From contig CATNEN010000001.1 of NCBI GenBank assembly GCA_950097015.1, positions 9,176,001 through 9,240,000 of the forward strand: 64,000 nt of DNA, given 5' to 3'. Made by a program: the position numbers and the translations under genes. The DNA is from Macrostomum hystrix. Taxonomy: Eukaryota; Animalia; Platyhelminthes. Position 1 is the first letter of the stretch; each line of letters opens with the position of its first letter. Below, piece after piece: positions 1 through 13,869 of this stretch. The notes beneath the pieces are model-generated. The model did no database searches, was not told the DNA's origin, and saw only the letters and a list, made by a program, of their open reading frames with translations.

Positions 1-2645
1 GCACCAGGCTCCAGACTGGGCCAGGCCACTGAAGAAGCGGCCCATCATTTTGTAGTCCAGACCGTCGGAGCAGTTGAACACAACGCACTGCTTGGCCAGA
101 GACTTGGCCAGGTCTTTGGTAGTTTCGGTCTTTCCAGTACCAGCTGGACCGGCGGGGGCGCCGCCCAGGTCGAGCTGCAAAGCTCCCATGAGGCACAGGT
201 AGCACCGATCAGTCAGAGGTGTGATTACCAGACGGGGCGAGGCACCGAGGTACTCATAGCCGTAGTAATAGCGGCTGTTTGACATCTTCACAATGCAATT
301 GTCCTCGTCCTTATCCCAGTAGTATCGTAGCTGCTTCTGCCAGTCGAACGACCCGACATCGTCAATCTCATTTTCCACCATCTCGGTCACCATGTCGCGG
401 GCATGGACATCGATGGTGATGAGCGCGCAGAGCAGAGCCCGGAGCAGCTTTGGCAGCTCGCCGCGCACAACTGCCGCGAGCTTGTTGAGGTCCTGGAAGC
501 ATTTCTGCTCGAACTTCTTCATTCCTTCGAGCCGCGCGTCCGGCTCGCCGCTCAGGATTTCTTCGATCTCGTCACACCACATGGCCTGGCTGACCGTAAG
601 CACCACCTGCGAGCAGTGCCGCGTCAGCCACTCCTCGCGCTTCGAGTCCGTGTAGTCGAGCAGCGACGCCTTGGTCAACTTGCGCAGGTTGCTAAACATG
701 GCCTCTTCAACTTTTCCAAGCCAGTCTTCCACATTGCCGCGGGCCTTCAGTCCCTTGCCGAGGGACACCTTCTCACCCTCAGGCGACAGCATGGCGTGGA
801 TGTCGTTGCTGTAGGTCACCTCGTTGGGGTCGGCAGCAGGTTCGCCATCCTGTGGAGTCTTCGGTGCCAGAATGCCGAACTCCAGCTTGGAGATGGCGTC
901 GAAGCACTTGCGAAGGTGCGGCTGCACAGCTTGCGGATTGCGCGTCTGGGCCAGAATCTCCAGCAGCTCATCGTTCGACAGGAAGTAGAAACGTGGAAAG
1001 ACGACGCGCTTCGATTCCAGGTAGTCCTCCAAGCACTTCTGAATCTCGTCAAGCAGCAGGTTATTGTTCTTGAAGGTCTCCAGCAGGCCGGCTTGTGTGG
1101 CGTAGCGCATCGCCATGGGAGCCTTTTGGGCTTTGCGCATGACCTCCTTGTACGACTTATCAACCGACATGAAAGACTTCGATTCAGACGGTAGCTGCTT
1201 CTGAATGTCTGGGGCGCTGAACACAGACTCCAGGTACATCCAATTACGCTGGCATGTGATCCATTCTTCGAGAGTTTTGCCGAACAGTTCCAGGTTTGCC
1301 TGCCAATCGTCAACGCGGTGCTTGATTGGACCAACGTGACGCGAAGAAGCGATTGTGGCAATGTTGATGTTCGAGTCGTCCCACAACTGCTGGATGTCGT
1401 CTGTTCCGCCAAGCATGTATACGTCTTTGTAAATATGCTCTTTGTACGGCAAGATGATAAACTCTTGCGTCTTCCAAGCCTCCTCAACTCGGAGTAGGAT
1501 CTGCTCCAAACTAGCCTCCGAGCTAGCTTGGCCTGAGACTTCCTGCAGCGCCTCCGAGTGCTCGAATGCTTTGATCTGGATCAGTGTTCCCAGGGTGAAT
1601 GGTTCTGGCTGGTCTCGTAGAGCCAGTGAAACAATCTCCTCGATCTTGTTCCAGTGCCGATCCTTCAGGTTGACATTTCGCAGGTCGGTCACAACTGGCA
1701 GCTTGACGCGCATGTCGTCGACCTTCTCTTTGAGTCGGGGCACTACTGGATTTGGCGGCAGACCCTTCTCTAGCTGCTGCACAGCCTTCATGTACTTCAT
1801 TGTAATGTTGCTCAGGTCCTCAACGTCGAGCTCCATGAAGGGTGCCGCCTTCCACTGATCCAGGTACTTGTCCCACTCGTCAATTGAGTTCCAGAGCATC
1901 TCCTTCAGTCTGAGCTCGGCCAAAACCTCTTCTAGCTCGTCGAACTTGGTCTGTTCGACTTTGAAGTTCTTCTGATAGGACTTGTATTGGTAAGCCCTCC
2001 TTCGCAGCTCTTCCATCCGAGCGAGCAGTTTGGCCACCTCCTTCATGACCTTGTCCTTCTCGCTGTTCACGTCCAGAATCATGGGATTCTGAGCCTCCTG
2101 CTTCACTTCGCGAACTTCCTTGTTGATCTCGGCAATGTCTCGCTCCATGCAGGATACGAACTTGTCCAGGTTGGCCTCACGCTCAGCCAGAGCCTTGTCA
2201 ATGGCGTTCTTGGCTTTGTCGATGGAGGGGAACAGTGTCTGGAAGACTGCCTGGTCTTCAGGCGGCACTGGCACTTTGAAGTGATCGACCAGTTCGTACA
2301 TCTCCTTGACAACCTCGGCCTCGTTCTCAAGTGGTTCAATTCGCTGCTGAATCTCGTCCAGGAAGGTCAGCAGATCAACATAGTCGGTCGTGTCCTTGGG
2401 CTCCTGGAGCAGCTTATACTCAGCGTCCTGGCTTTCCTTCACCAGCCGGTCGACTTCGCCGCGCGCCAGCCTGGGCAGCAGGTCGTGAATGGCCTCCAGG
2501 CAGCGCTGAGGCGAAGGAATAAGCAGCGACTTCATGGTGGCTCCGTTGACCAGCAGCATGCCTATCGGGCGCTCTTCCACAATGCCTGTCGCCATGCGCT
2601 CCTGACGGTTGTAGCGCTTCAGAGCTTCGCGGAAGAACTCAACGT
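1..2645 (-). CDS. DNAH6: DNAH6-like large exon (linker/AAA1), absent from the ORF track because it runs off the window
   Basis: Acceptor AG at 2647-2646. The frame reads (D)VEFFREALKRYNRQ...YGYEYLGASPRLVITPLTDRCYLCLMGAL...GPAGTGKT. Confidence 0.95.
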
Positions 2646-5600
2646 CTGCAAGGAATGATGAAGCATAAATAGTAAAAATGCTGGCTTAATAAAAGCAAAA
2701 CTATTGGCTATAGCTTGTACTATAGCACTAATATAGGGATAGAGTTGAGTGCGAAATAGAACTGAGGAAAAAGCATGCCTTCAAGAATAAAAGTACTTTG
2801 CTAACGTCTTTTTACGTGCTAGGCTGTGAATCGTATTAGAAGTAGACTTACCAAAAATACATAAGATTAAAATTACTACAAGCTGCTAGTTTTCTAGCAA
2901 CTCTCAGCTCTGTAGCTCGAAAGTGCAGGAAAAAAACAATTCAGAAAAAATCTAGCAAAGGAAATATTTCATAAGTCGAACTATTTTAAGAAAGGAGACT
3001 CGAAAACAACTCAATGTCAACTTATGTCACCTTTTCGCATCTTTTGCGGCCCGAAAAATCCTTCGTTAAAAGCTGTTCGGAGAAGCGAAAACGTTAGCAT
3101 TAGCAGTCTACGGGTTTGTAACGCACCACTCGGCAATAACTCAACAACAAAGGTTAGAAATTGGTTTCTCAAAAACTATTTCGACTGGGTAATTTTAAGC
3201 GCTGTTAGAAGGAGCACGCAGAGAATAAGGTTCTTGAACTTTTATTTTAATTAGTTCGTTGTCTGATGAAATCATCTTAATTTCGTTTAGGAGAAGCCAC
3301 TCACCAATGCGGGCCTGCTTGAAGGAGTCCAAGTCGGTGGCCTCATTCTCCTGGTAGAACTTTCTAAATGGCTCGAACGTGTTCGAGTACTGGTTGGCAG
3401 CGTTGAAGGCGGCATCTAGGCTGTCCCGGATGTGCTGTGTGATGGCGGCCATGTGTCTGTCATCTTCGAACATCGCCTGCAGTGATAAGATTTCAAATCT
3501 GTGTGCAGTCACTGACCTTTCAATTGATGAACAGTTTATAATGTTAAAAAAATGATGTTTCTTACCAACAAGCTCGGTCCATCCCCGCAAGTCTTCTCCT
3601 CGAACTTGTTGTTGATGATTGGCCGTGTGAACGCGTCGAAGTAAGCATCCGGCACAAGATTCTGAACATTGAGAACAACATCCTTGAAAGCCTCCACAAT
3701 GACACTGATCTCGTCGACAAAGTCTTTGTTGGAGGGTGAGAAGTCGATCTGCATTAGGTCGAGCACGAATTCGGTAATGAATAGAGGCGGAACCTTGACC
3801 ACCGGCTCCTCGGCAGGGGCTGCGGTGCCCGACTTTGGCCTGTCCTCCGGTGGTCCCACGCGCGGAACTGCCGGCGCTGCAGCTGGAGCAGCAGGTACCG
3901 GCTTCTCGTCTTCGTCGTCATCATCGTCATCCTGACGGTTGTAGGATTGAATTTCTTCCAGCGATGGTGTGTTAGCCAGCTGCTCCTGCAGGTAGTTCAA
4001 CATGGTTGTCACGGAGTTGACCGCCAGAACATGCATGGTGTTCACTATGAGGTAGTCGGCCAGGCGGATGAAGCAGGTGAGGCGCTGGCAGTGATTTCGC
4101 TTGTTTGCCTGCTCAGTGTAGGTCATCTTGTCAGGGCTCTCCTCGGCGTAGATGTCCATGTCGTAGCTCTGCATCATGTAGCTGCTTGCTGTGCCTGGCG
4201 GCTCCATCAGGGCTTCATCAACGAAGTAATCGTCGGGCGTGAAGCCGGCCTCCAGGAGGGCAGTGCGACAGGCGGTTCGCACCACCTCTTTGACAAGGTC
4301 GCGGAACTCCTTCAGACGCTTAGAGACTTCGTCCAGCTGCTCCTGCTGAGCGGTCTTGAAGTCCGGCAGTCGGTAGGTGCGGCCCTTGTCAATCTTGCAC
4401 AGGCCCATGTCGCTGATACGGTAGCACATTTCACGCACGTTGAGAATAGCCGGTCGCAATGACCGATTGATGATGAACAGGTTCTCGTCTAGGGCTTTCT
4501 TCGCCCGATCGATCTTGATCCAGTTCACAGTCTTCTTCCAGGTCATGAAGGCCTTCCACTTCTTGAAGTCGAAGAAAGTTCTACGCTTCACAATGTCAGC
4601 TACTATGCTGTACTCGTAGATGAAGCGCTCCAACGGCAGGTACTCGATGTCGGTGTCACCCACTCGCATCCGGACGAAGCCGCCTTCGATACTGAGCGTT
4701 GCATAGTCGCTCTGATCCATCTTGTTGTAGTCAACCACTCTGTGGATATTTTAGGTATTATTGTGAAGTTCATGTGAATTTTTTAGGGTTTTTATATGAT
4801 GGACAAGCAGTTTATGATAAAACTCACTTCAACTTGTAAGAGTTAAATCCGACGTTGGTGATCGGTACGGCAGGATTGAGGTAGAAGAACTTGATCTTCG
4901 GGTTCGTCCTGAGGACGCCAATCACCTTCATGATGTCCGTCTCACCGTAGAATTGCGAGGCGTCTAAATTTATTTTTAGAAATTCAAGCTTGATAATAAT
5001 GATTGCAATAGTTTGTAGCTGCATCAAGTACAACATTTAGTAATAAATGTGACGCTCAACAATTTGTAACATTCGACAGCCAATGCAAAAAAAACATCGT
5101 GAGTTCGATTTTTCCTTGGATTAAGTTTCAAACTGAAATTTGACTCTTTGTGCCCCTAAAAACGCATAGGTGATAATGAAATTCAACATTTTTGTTTGGT
5201 CTTGCTCCCTGAAGTTACCTCTTTCGGTTTGGTGTTAGAGTTTGTAATCTCAAGGCTGAAATTTGTCGCAGGTTAGTAAAATGTTTGCTTAAAAGCATGT
5301 AAGAGCATCTTGCTGTCAAAGAAAGCAATAGACAAGCTCTGAGAGTGTTCCGCTGCTCACCAACTTCCACTTTGGTCCGACTGACGCTCGCGGAGGCGGC
5401 GTGCACTCGGCCCTGAGCTGAAGGCTTCCGCGGCTCCTCCGCTAGGGCCTGCTGCTCAAGCGACAGAAGGCCGTTTGCTTCAGCTGCGGCTGCAGCAGCT
5501 GCCGCACTCTGCGGCCGGCTCATCGTCTCCTGGCGCTCCTTGAGCGGCTCCGGCAGCTCTGGAAGGCCGGCTCGAGTGTCGTCCGTCAGCGGCTCCAGGA

Positions 5601-6026
5601 CGCCGGAGCGGCGCAACTTCTTCGGATCGGGTCCGTCGCGCCATTTGCCCTCCTCCTGCAGCTTCTCTTTGGCCTTCTGGCGGATGTAATCCGGGTGGCT
5701 GATGTGCTGACGTTGCTTCAGCGTCGCCTGAAATTTTCGAATCGTTTTTTAGACTCTCCATTGATGCAATAACCCATTGAAAATTGACTGGGCATTCACA
5801 AAAAAAATTGTAATCTCACCAAAGGCTCCAAGTAGTTGCTCGACGGGGTCGCCAATGTGCGCTGCTGTGCTTTAGTCGGCTTCATCATGCGCAGCTGACT
5901 CTTGGCGCCCGGAAAGCTGGCCTTGCCAGCGTCCAGCATGGTGCGTGTGGCCAGCAGGTCGCCGCCACTGCCCGAGTTGTTGGCGTTACCGCCTGTGTCT
6001 GGTTGAAGCTCATTGGTCACTGACAT
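1..6026 (-). CDS. DNAH6: Axonemal dynein heavy chain, DNAH6-like, 5' part (tail, linker, start of AAA1), continuing beyond the left edge. Coding exons: 6026-5820, 5727-5361, 4963-4828, 4739-3566, 3476-3305, 2645-<1
   Basis: All five introns are GT-AG with matching phases. The last exon encodes the AAA1 P-loop LGGAPAGPAGTGKTETTKDL (~110-170), then CVVFNCSDGLDYKMMGRFFSGLAQSGAWC. Tail segments (IPSPQRCLEAIHDLLPRL; NDIHAMLSPEGEKV) resemble DNAH6 by recall. The subfamily call is less certain than the dynein call. Confidence 0.92.
3566..4739 (-). CDS. DNAH6: DNAH6-like N-terminal tail exon
   Basis: ORF 3536-4738, bounded by acceptor 4741-4740 and donor GTAAG at 3565; phase-compatible with neighbouring exons. 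Confidence 0.9.
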
Positions 6027-7116
6027 GGCAGTGACTGAAATAGAAAAATTTTGTAACATTGAGTTAAAAGGCTAATTAAATTTAGCCTTAACGTTTTTTA
6101 ATATGAAACTCGATGAATATACAAAAAGTATAGAAATAAGGCGACTAAAAGATTATGTTTGATTAATCTATTGGTTTTAATCCTTAGTTCTGCAAGCATA
6201 CATATGGAATATAATTCTATTTTAGCAGGTTGATTAAGCTAATTTTAAGCAAAACCATAAAAAACTAAAGAACTATATTTACAGTATATTGTTCGACTTT
6301 GATATTTGATACTTTAAAAGTATACCGCACGCCCCAGGTTTCAGAGACAAATTTTTACTTTGTTAAAGGACCATAGTAGAATACCAAAAGGCATTCATAA
6401 ATTTTTGGTAAAATGCATTTGAAATATACAAACTAAGTCGTATTTTCGATGTTTGTCTGATAGGAAATATATAATGGTAGAAAAATTCATGGGCAATATA
6501 GAAAATAACAAAAAGAAATAAACTGCAATAAACTGACTAGAAAGTTCGAATAGTTGGATCATTCGAATAGTCGACAAATTAGATCAAGAAGTTAGATTTT
6601 TTTGCTAGTAGATTCTTTAATTCCTAAGAATGCAAAAAATAAGTTTAAGGTAAGCTTTAAACTGTTCTCAAAATAAAGAACTCCTATTTTATTTCAAGAT
6701 AATTCTTTGACGAAATAATATGCCTAGCGACCCGAACGTAAACTTTGCTAGCTATCTGTAAATGATAAAGCGTTTCGAAATCAAATTTAATTTCTTTAAC
6801 ACAGCAACGCCATCGCAACAATACTTATAACAAATTTGACGACTGCTTTTAAAGGATATAAATAAACAAATCATTCATTAAGTACTAAAGTAGCATAGCA
6901 TACTTAATTGTATCCTTATTATTTTTATCTTTAGCTTTCTATTTTGAATACGTTGTTTATTTTGAACTTTTCAATTTCCTAGAACTACAACTGCAGCAAA
7001 AAAACTACTAATAAGTCATAGTAAATACTATTGAAATCAGAAGTTACTACGTACATATTTATCTCGTTTTTTGTAATCAAGAGTGCTTTCTATTCTAGTT
7101 TTTTCTCTCACTTGCT

Positions 7117-9631
7117 ATGTCTTCGAAAATTGCGGAGGCTGAGCAACATATCAAGGCTGCTGAAGAGAGGTGAGAACAGAAATTTCACTGGGTCTTAATA
7201 TGTGACATTTATCAATATTAATTTATCAAATATTGCAATTTTTCGTTGTAAAAATTTCACACCACTGTATTTTGAATAATTTAAAGTGTTATGTCAGATT
7301 GTCATATGTATATTCGTTTTAATGATAATATATTATAAGTCTAGTTCAGTTAGTTATCTTGCTTCTTTGAGTCTCTCAACTTTTTGATGTGTGTAATCTT
7401 TTTAAGAGTAGAAGTATACTCGGATAAAAAATAGCTTTAATGTGCAACTTACTAACTATAACATGAACTTAAAAATTATCAAATTGCTTAAACTGTCATT
7501 GTAACTAGTTTGAAAAAAACACTCATTAATATGTGTTATATCTTGAACCATATCTTGAATTCCACATATAAATAAAGTCATATTTTTGCACTCGCTTTGC
7601 TATTGAAGCTTTAGTTATATAAAATATAATATGTGATTTATGCTATTTTTTCTTACAATGTTTAGCATGCTTAAATAAGTTAAGATTTACATTGGAATGA
7701 ATGCTACATAAAGTTGAGCTGAATCCAGAGACAAAAAAGTCCCGGGGGTTATTTTGTATTATGAATATTTCAGTAACCATATTTTAAATATCATTTAATC
7801 ATTTCGCAGCCTGAAGACAGGCCTACTAAAGATGCGTCGCACTCCTGACTATGACACTGCCGCCGATGAGTACGCTAAAGCTGCTGCCTCATTTCGCGCT
7901 GCCAGAGAATTTCAACGCTCCCAGCAGATGCTGGTTAAAACCGCCGACATCACCGCTAATCAGTTGAAGAATCTATTTCACGCCGCTAAGCATTTGGAAA
8001 CTGCAGCCCTGCTGTCCAAGGAGGTGAAGAACTATGGCGAGGCAGCTGACTGGCTGGCTAGAGCTGGCCGAATGATGCGAGAGAATGGCAACCCTGACAG
8101 TGCCTCGCTCATGCTGGAGAAGGGAGCCAAGTGAGACTGGATTGCGAACTATTGTGAACTGGGAACCAAATTACCTCAGTTTATTATTCCACTGATAAGG
8201 ATCGAATGGATTAGCTGAAGATTCCACTGATAAGGATCGAATGGATTTGCTGAAGATTCTACTGATAAGGATCGAATGGATTAGCTGAAGATTCCTCTGA
8301 TAAGGATTGAATGGATTAGCTGAAGATTCCTCTGATAAGGATCGAATGGATTAGCTGAAGATTCCTCTGATAAGGATTGAATGGATTAGCTGAAGATTCC
8401 ACTGATAAGGATCGAATGGATTAGCTGAAGATTCCACTGATAAGGATCGAATGGATTAGCTGAAGATTCCTCTGATAAGGATCGAATGGATTAGCTGAAG
8501 ATTCCTCTGATAAGGATTGAGTGGATTAGCTGAAGATTCCTCTGATAAGGATCGAATGGATTAGCTGAAGATTCCTCTGATAAGGATTGAATGGATTAGC
8601 TGAATATTCTACTGATAAGGATCGAATGGATTAGCTGAAGATTCCTCTGATAAGGATCGAATGGATTAGCTGAAGATTCCTCTGATAAGGATCGAATGGA
8701 TTAGCTGAAGATTCCTCTGATAAGGATTGAATGGATTAGCTGAATATTCTACTGATAAGGATCGAATGGATTAGCTGAAGATTCCACTGATAAGGATTGA
8801 ATGGATAAGCTGAAGATTCCATTGATAAGGATCGAATGGATTAGCTGAAGATTCCTCTGATAAGGATTGAATGGATTAGCTGAAGATTCCTCTGATAAGG
8901 ATTGAATGGATTAGCTGAAGATTCCTCTGATAAGGATTGAATGGATTAGCTGAAGATTCCTCTGATAAGGATCGACGAAGATCCGGTAAAGATTACACTG
9001 ATTAATTTGAAAAGTGGCTCAAGGTTCCAGAATTTATCTCTTTGGTTACTGAATCCGAGTTTGGAAAATCGTCCTTCCTCTCAGAATGCTGGAAGAGCCA
9101 CTTCCTGAAGCATCCGCTCGACTGTACAGCGACTCCGCTGACGCGGCAGATGTTGAAGACAAGATGGGCCAAGCCGCCCAGTGCCTCAGTCACGCCTGTC
9201 GCATGCTCATTCGAGCTGGAAAAATGGACGCCGCGGCGGACATCGCGAAACGTCGCGTGGAATTCGCAGGTCGGGATTCCAACCCGGACACTCTGTCCAA
9301 GGCTGTGCTAGCTCTTGTAGTTGTTGAACTCGGTCGCGGCGATCTTGTCGCGGCCAGAAAAGCGTTCAACGAATTCGTCTGCGTCAGCGCCTTTCAAGCT
9401 GGCGACGACTGCGGCCCGCTGCAGACTCTGCTGGAGGCCTGCGAACAGATGGACGGCGACCGCGGTCGGCAGGCTCTGCAGCATCCGGTGTTTCGCTATA
9501 TGGACAACGAATTCGCCAAGCTGGCTAAATCCATTCGCCTGCCCGAGGCTCGTCAGAAACCGACGTCGACTGACGCTGCCGGCGGCGGCGCAGTCGACGA
9601 AGCCGAAGACTTCGACGGTGGATTGTGTTGA
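7117..9631 (+). CDS. NAPG: Gamma-soluble NSF attachment protein (gamma-SNAP). Exons 7117-7169, 7810-8130, 9085-9631
   Basis: Spliced product MSSKIAEAEQHIKAAEESLKTGLLKMRRTPDYDTAADEYAKAA...LFHAAK...FRYMDNEFAKL...EDFDGGLC matches gamma-SNAP motifs, including the C-terminal GGLC. Introns are GT-AG and phase-consistent. Confidence 0.95.
8186..8975. repeat. 35-bp minisatellite (attccactgataaggatcgaatggattagctgaag), ~22 copies, in NAPG intron 2
   Basis: Direct tandem periodicity. Confidence 0.95.
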
Positions 9632-10407
9632 AGGGTTCAAATAATTTTTTCTTGTCAAATCCTAATATTTCTACTGACTAGTGACTCGATGAGTAGTGTA
9701 GAAAGGATGCGACACAAATCTTTTTCTATTTTTGTTTCGCTTTTCTGCGTGTTGCATTCGTGTTAAATAATTAAGTGTCTACTAAAAAATTAACTTACCT
9801 CAAAAATATTTTAGTCTCTAGGCAATGTTTCTATATGCGCATTCGGACATTTTAAATCTCGGCTGTTTTAGACACTTGGTAGATAGGTCGTTATCAGCAC
9901 TAAAAATCGCATGTACCTACTCATGTTTCATTTTATCAGTAGTAATAGTTACCATCGATAAGTTATATAAATCAGTAGTTAAATGAAACAGAAGCATAAT
10001 ATATGAACTAGTACAACCGCATCTTATGCTTTATCTGTCAAAATATGAACTTTTATCCTGCACTGTAAAAACTATGTAGCCCTTATCTGTCTGTGTTGTG
10101 TCAACTTAGAAATGCTGCTTAATTATTTATATTTAATTCATTCTAATAGCATACTACTCTAATAAACAATAATGGTAGGACACTTGTGATAAAGCTTAGT
10201 CTAATATGACTCTCCTAAGTTCTTGGTGTAGTCTACTGTTATGCAATGTGCACCATTTAGCAAAGCGTTAGCATAAAACTGTCAAATTAACGTTTCTTCG
10301 GTCTTCACGTTCTTTCCACACTTCACTGATCTTGAAATCAAGTGACTAATCAGATACGCTTGAAAAACAATTCTTGTGATTTCAATTCAATGACTGAGCT
10401 CAATAAA

Positions 10408-11220
10408 AAATCCCCTCCCGATCCCTACCGAAATCCCCTCCGAATCCCTACCGAAATCCCCTCCCAATCCCTACCGAAATCCTATCCGAATCCCTACCGA
10501 AATCCCCTCCCAATCCCTACCGAAATCCTATCCGAATCCCTACCGAAATCCCCTCCCAATCCCTACCGAAATCCCCTCCGAATCCCTACCGAAATCCCCT
10601 CCCAATCCCTACCGAAATCCTATCCGAATCCCTACCGAAATCCCCTCCCAATCGCTACCGAAATCCCATCCGAATCCCTACCAAAATCCCCTCCCAATCC
10701 CTACCGAAATCCTATCCGAATCCCTACCAAAATCCCAACTGAAATCTCCTCTGAATCCCAACTGAAATCCCCTCCGAATCCCTACTGAAATCTCCACTGA
10801 ATCCCTACTGAAATCCCCTCCGAATCCCTACCAAAATCCCCTCCCAATCCCTACCGAGATCCTATCCGAATCCCTACCAAAATCCCCTCCCAATCCCTAC
10901 CGAAATCCTATCCGAATCCCTACCAAAATCCCCTCCGAATCCCGACCGAAATCTCCTCCCAATCCCTACCGAAACCCCTCCGAATCTTCACTGAAATCAC
11001 CTCTGAATCCCTACTGAAATCCCCTCCGAATCCTCACTGAAATCCCCTCTGAATCCCTACTGAAATCCCTCTGAATCCCTACTGAAGTCCCCTCTTAATC
11101 CCTATTGAAATCCCCTTCGAATCCCGACCGAAATCTCCCAATCCATACCAAAATTGCCTCCTAATCCCTACCGAAAACACTTCCCAATCTATTCTGAAAT
11201 CTTCTTCGAATCCTTCCGAA
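10408..11220. repeat. ~23-bp C-rich minisatellite (ccgaaatcccctccgaatcccta)
   Basis: Tandem repeat made of two related aatccc half-units, degenerate at the right edge. Confidence 0.9.
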
Positions 11221-11619
11221 ATCAACCACCCAAAAAAGTTAAGTAGTCCGCTCCCTTAAAGTACTTTTAACACGCTTGCTTCTAAGGCGTCTTTACTATT
11301 CTCTAGTAGCTGTACTCTACAATAAAATTGCCTATCGTGACGTTTTTATTTAGTTTTTTTTTCGTTGTAGCCATGCATGCAGGTATTTAAACATTTCTGA
11401 CAATCCAAACTATGGTTGGCTTCTAAATCAGCCGCGTTACTTTCCTACTGTATTTACATGTATAGCTTGCATAGCAACTGAAGATAAGAAGATAAGCAAA
11501 CATTTGTAAAAGTGCAGCACGATAAGATAATAAGTGGTCTCAGAGTTCCTTTATAAATTCCTCGATATACTTAATCAGCAATGAAGTGAGGTTAGAGGGA
11601 TGGTGGGTACATAAGAACG

Positions 11620-13420
11620 TGAGGGTCAGGGTGAGGTATAGGTGGGAGGTAGGGTGAGGGAGGTAGGTGAGAGGTAGGGTAAGATAGATAGGTGAGAGGT
11701 AGGGTAAGGTAGATAGGTGAGAGGTAGGGTAAGGTAGATAGGTGAGAGGTAGGGTAAGGTAGATAGGTGAGAGGTAGGGTAAGGTAGATAGGTGAGAGGT
11801 AGGGTAAGGTAGATAAGTGAGAGGTAGTTTGAGGTAGAGAGTGAGAGGTAGTGTAAGGTAGATAGGTGAGAGGTAGTGTAAGGTAGATAGGTGAGAGGTA
11901 GGGTAAGGTAGATAAGTGAGAGGTAGTTTGAGGTAGATAGGTGAGAGGTAGGGTAAGGTAGATAGTGAGAGGTAGTGTAAGGTAGATAGGTGAGAGGTAG
12001 TGTAAGGTAGATAGGTGAGAGGTAGGGTAAGGTAGATAGGTGAGAGGTAGTGTAAGGTAGATAGGTGAGAGGTAGGGTAAGGTAGATAAGTGAGAGGTAG
12101 GGTAAGGTAGATAAGTGAGAGGTAGTTTGAGGTAGATAGGTGAGAGGTAGGGTAAGGTAGATAGGTGAGAGGTAGGGTAAGGTAGATAAGTGAGAGGTAG
12201 GGTAAGGTAGATAGGTGAGAGGTAGGGTAAGGTAGATAAGTGAGAGGTAGGGTAAGGTAGATAGTTGAGAGGTAGTGTAAGGTAGATAGGTGAGAGGTAG
12301 TGTAAGGTAGATAGGTGAGAGGTAGGGTAAGGTAGATAAGTGAGAGGTAGTTTGAGGTAGATAGGTGAGAGGTAGGGTAAGGTAGATAGGTGAGAGGTAG
12401 GGTAAGGTAGATAGGTGAGAGGTAGGGTAAGGTAGAGAGTGAGAGGTAGTGTAAGGTAGATAGTGAGAGGTAGTGTAAGGTAGATAGGTGAGAGGTAGGG
12501 TAAGGTAGATAGGTGAGAGGTAGTGTAAGGTAGATAGGTGAGAGGTAGTGTAAGGTAGATAGATGAGAGGTAGGGTAAGGTAGATAGGTGAGAGGTAGTG
12601 TAAGGTAGATAGATGAGAGGTAGGGTAAGGTAGATAGGTGAGAGGTAGTTTGAGGTAGAGAGTGAGAGGTAGTGTAAGGTAGATAGTGAGAGGTAGTGTA
12701 AGGTAGATAGGTGAGAGGTAGGGTAAGGTAGATAGGTGAGAGGTAGTGTAAGGTAGATAGGTGAGAGGTAGTGTAAGGTAGATAGATGAGAGGTAGGGTA
12801 AGGTAGATAGGTGAGAGGTAGTGTAAGGTAGATAGATGAGAGGTAGGGTAAGGTAGATAGGTGAGAGGTAGTTTGAGGTAGATAGGTGAGAGGTAGGGTA
12901 AGGTAGATAGGTGAGAGGTAGTGTAAGGTAGATAGGTGAGAGGTAGTGTAAGGTAGATAGATGAGAGGTAGGGTAAGGTAGATAGGTGAGAGGTAGTGTA
13001 AGGTAGATAGATGAGAGGTAGGGTAAGGTAGATAGGTGAGAGGTAGTTTGAGGTAGAGAGTGAGAGGTAGTGTAAGGTAGATAGTGAGAGGTAGTGTAAG
13101 GTAGATAGGTGAGAGGTAGGGTAAGGTAGATAGGTGAGAGGTAGTGTAAGGTAGATAGTGAGAGGTAGTGTAAGGTAGATAGGTGAGAGGTAGGGTAAGG
13201 TAGATAGGTGAGAGGTAGTGTAAGGTAGATAGGTGAGAGGTAGTGTAAGGTAGATAGATGAGAGGTAGGGTAAGGTAGATAGGTGAGAGGTAGTGTAAGG
13301 TAGATAGATGAGAGGTAGGGTAAGGTAGATAGGTGAGAGGTAGTTTGAGGTAGAGAGGTGAGAGGTAGGGTAAGGTAGATAGGTGAGAGGTAGTTTGAGG
13401 TAGAGAGGTGAGAGATAGGG
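11620..13420. repeat. 25-bp purine-rich minisatellite (ggtagataggtgagaggtagggtaa), ~70 copies
   Basis: Direct periodicity; the spurious ORF has a 25-aa period. Confidence 0.95.
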
Positions 13421-13869
13421 TGAAACTTGAAAATAAATATTTTTATTATAACAAAATACTATACACAATCATTTTGTCGAAAAATAAATAAATGCCCATA
13501 AAAAGTATCCTTATCATGTGCTCAGCGGGCTCACTTAGTTCCATCAATATCAATCATTATCTAGGACAAATCTATTATTATCAGCCCAATCATGCACTTT
13601 GAGTTCTGAGTTAGTGCTACTCATCTGCATAAGGAATGCTACATTGAGCAGCATGAGTCGATACGTAAATAACAGGCAAGCACGTATTCATGAGTATGCC
13701 CAGTACGATATTCGAGCGTAGTATTCGGCATCGGCGATTAGACATATCAAACTAAGCCCTGCCCGTACAACAACTCGTGCACTTTCTGATCGACAAGGAT
13801 TCAAAAAATTGTACGAGCTATTTTGACAACTGACTGATTTTCTAGCTAACCATGCGTTAAATTTGAACT

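Noticed and set aside
392-4462. Plus-strand ORFs 403-1194, 1442-1858, 1987-2658, 3947-4462
   Set aside because: Antisense shadows of GC3-rich dynein exons.
8186-8975. CRISPR-like appearance of 29-35-bp repeats (also 38755-42815)
   Set aside because: Units are head-to-tail with no unique spacers, there are no cas genes, and the context is eukaryotic introns.
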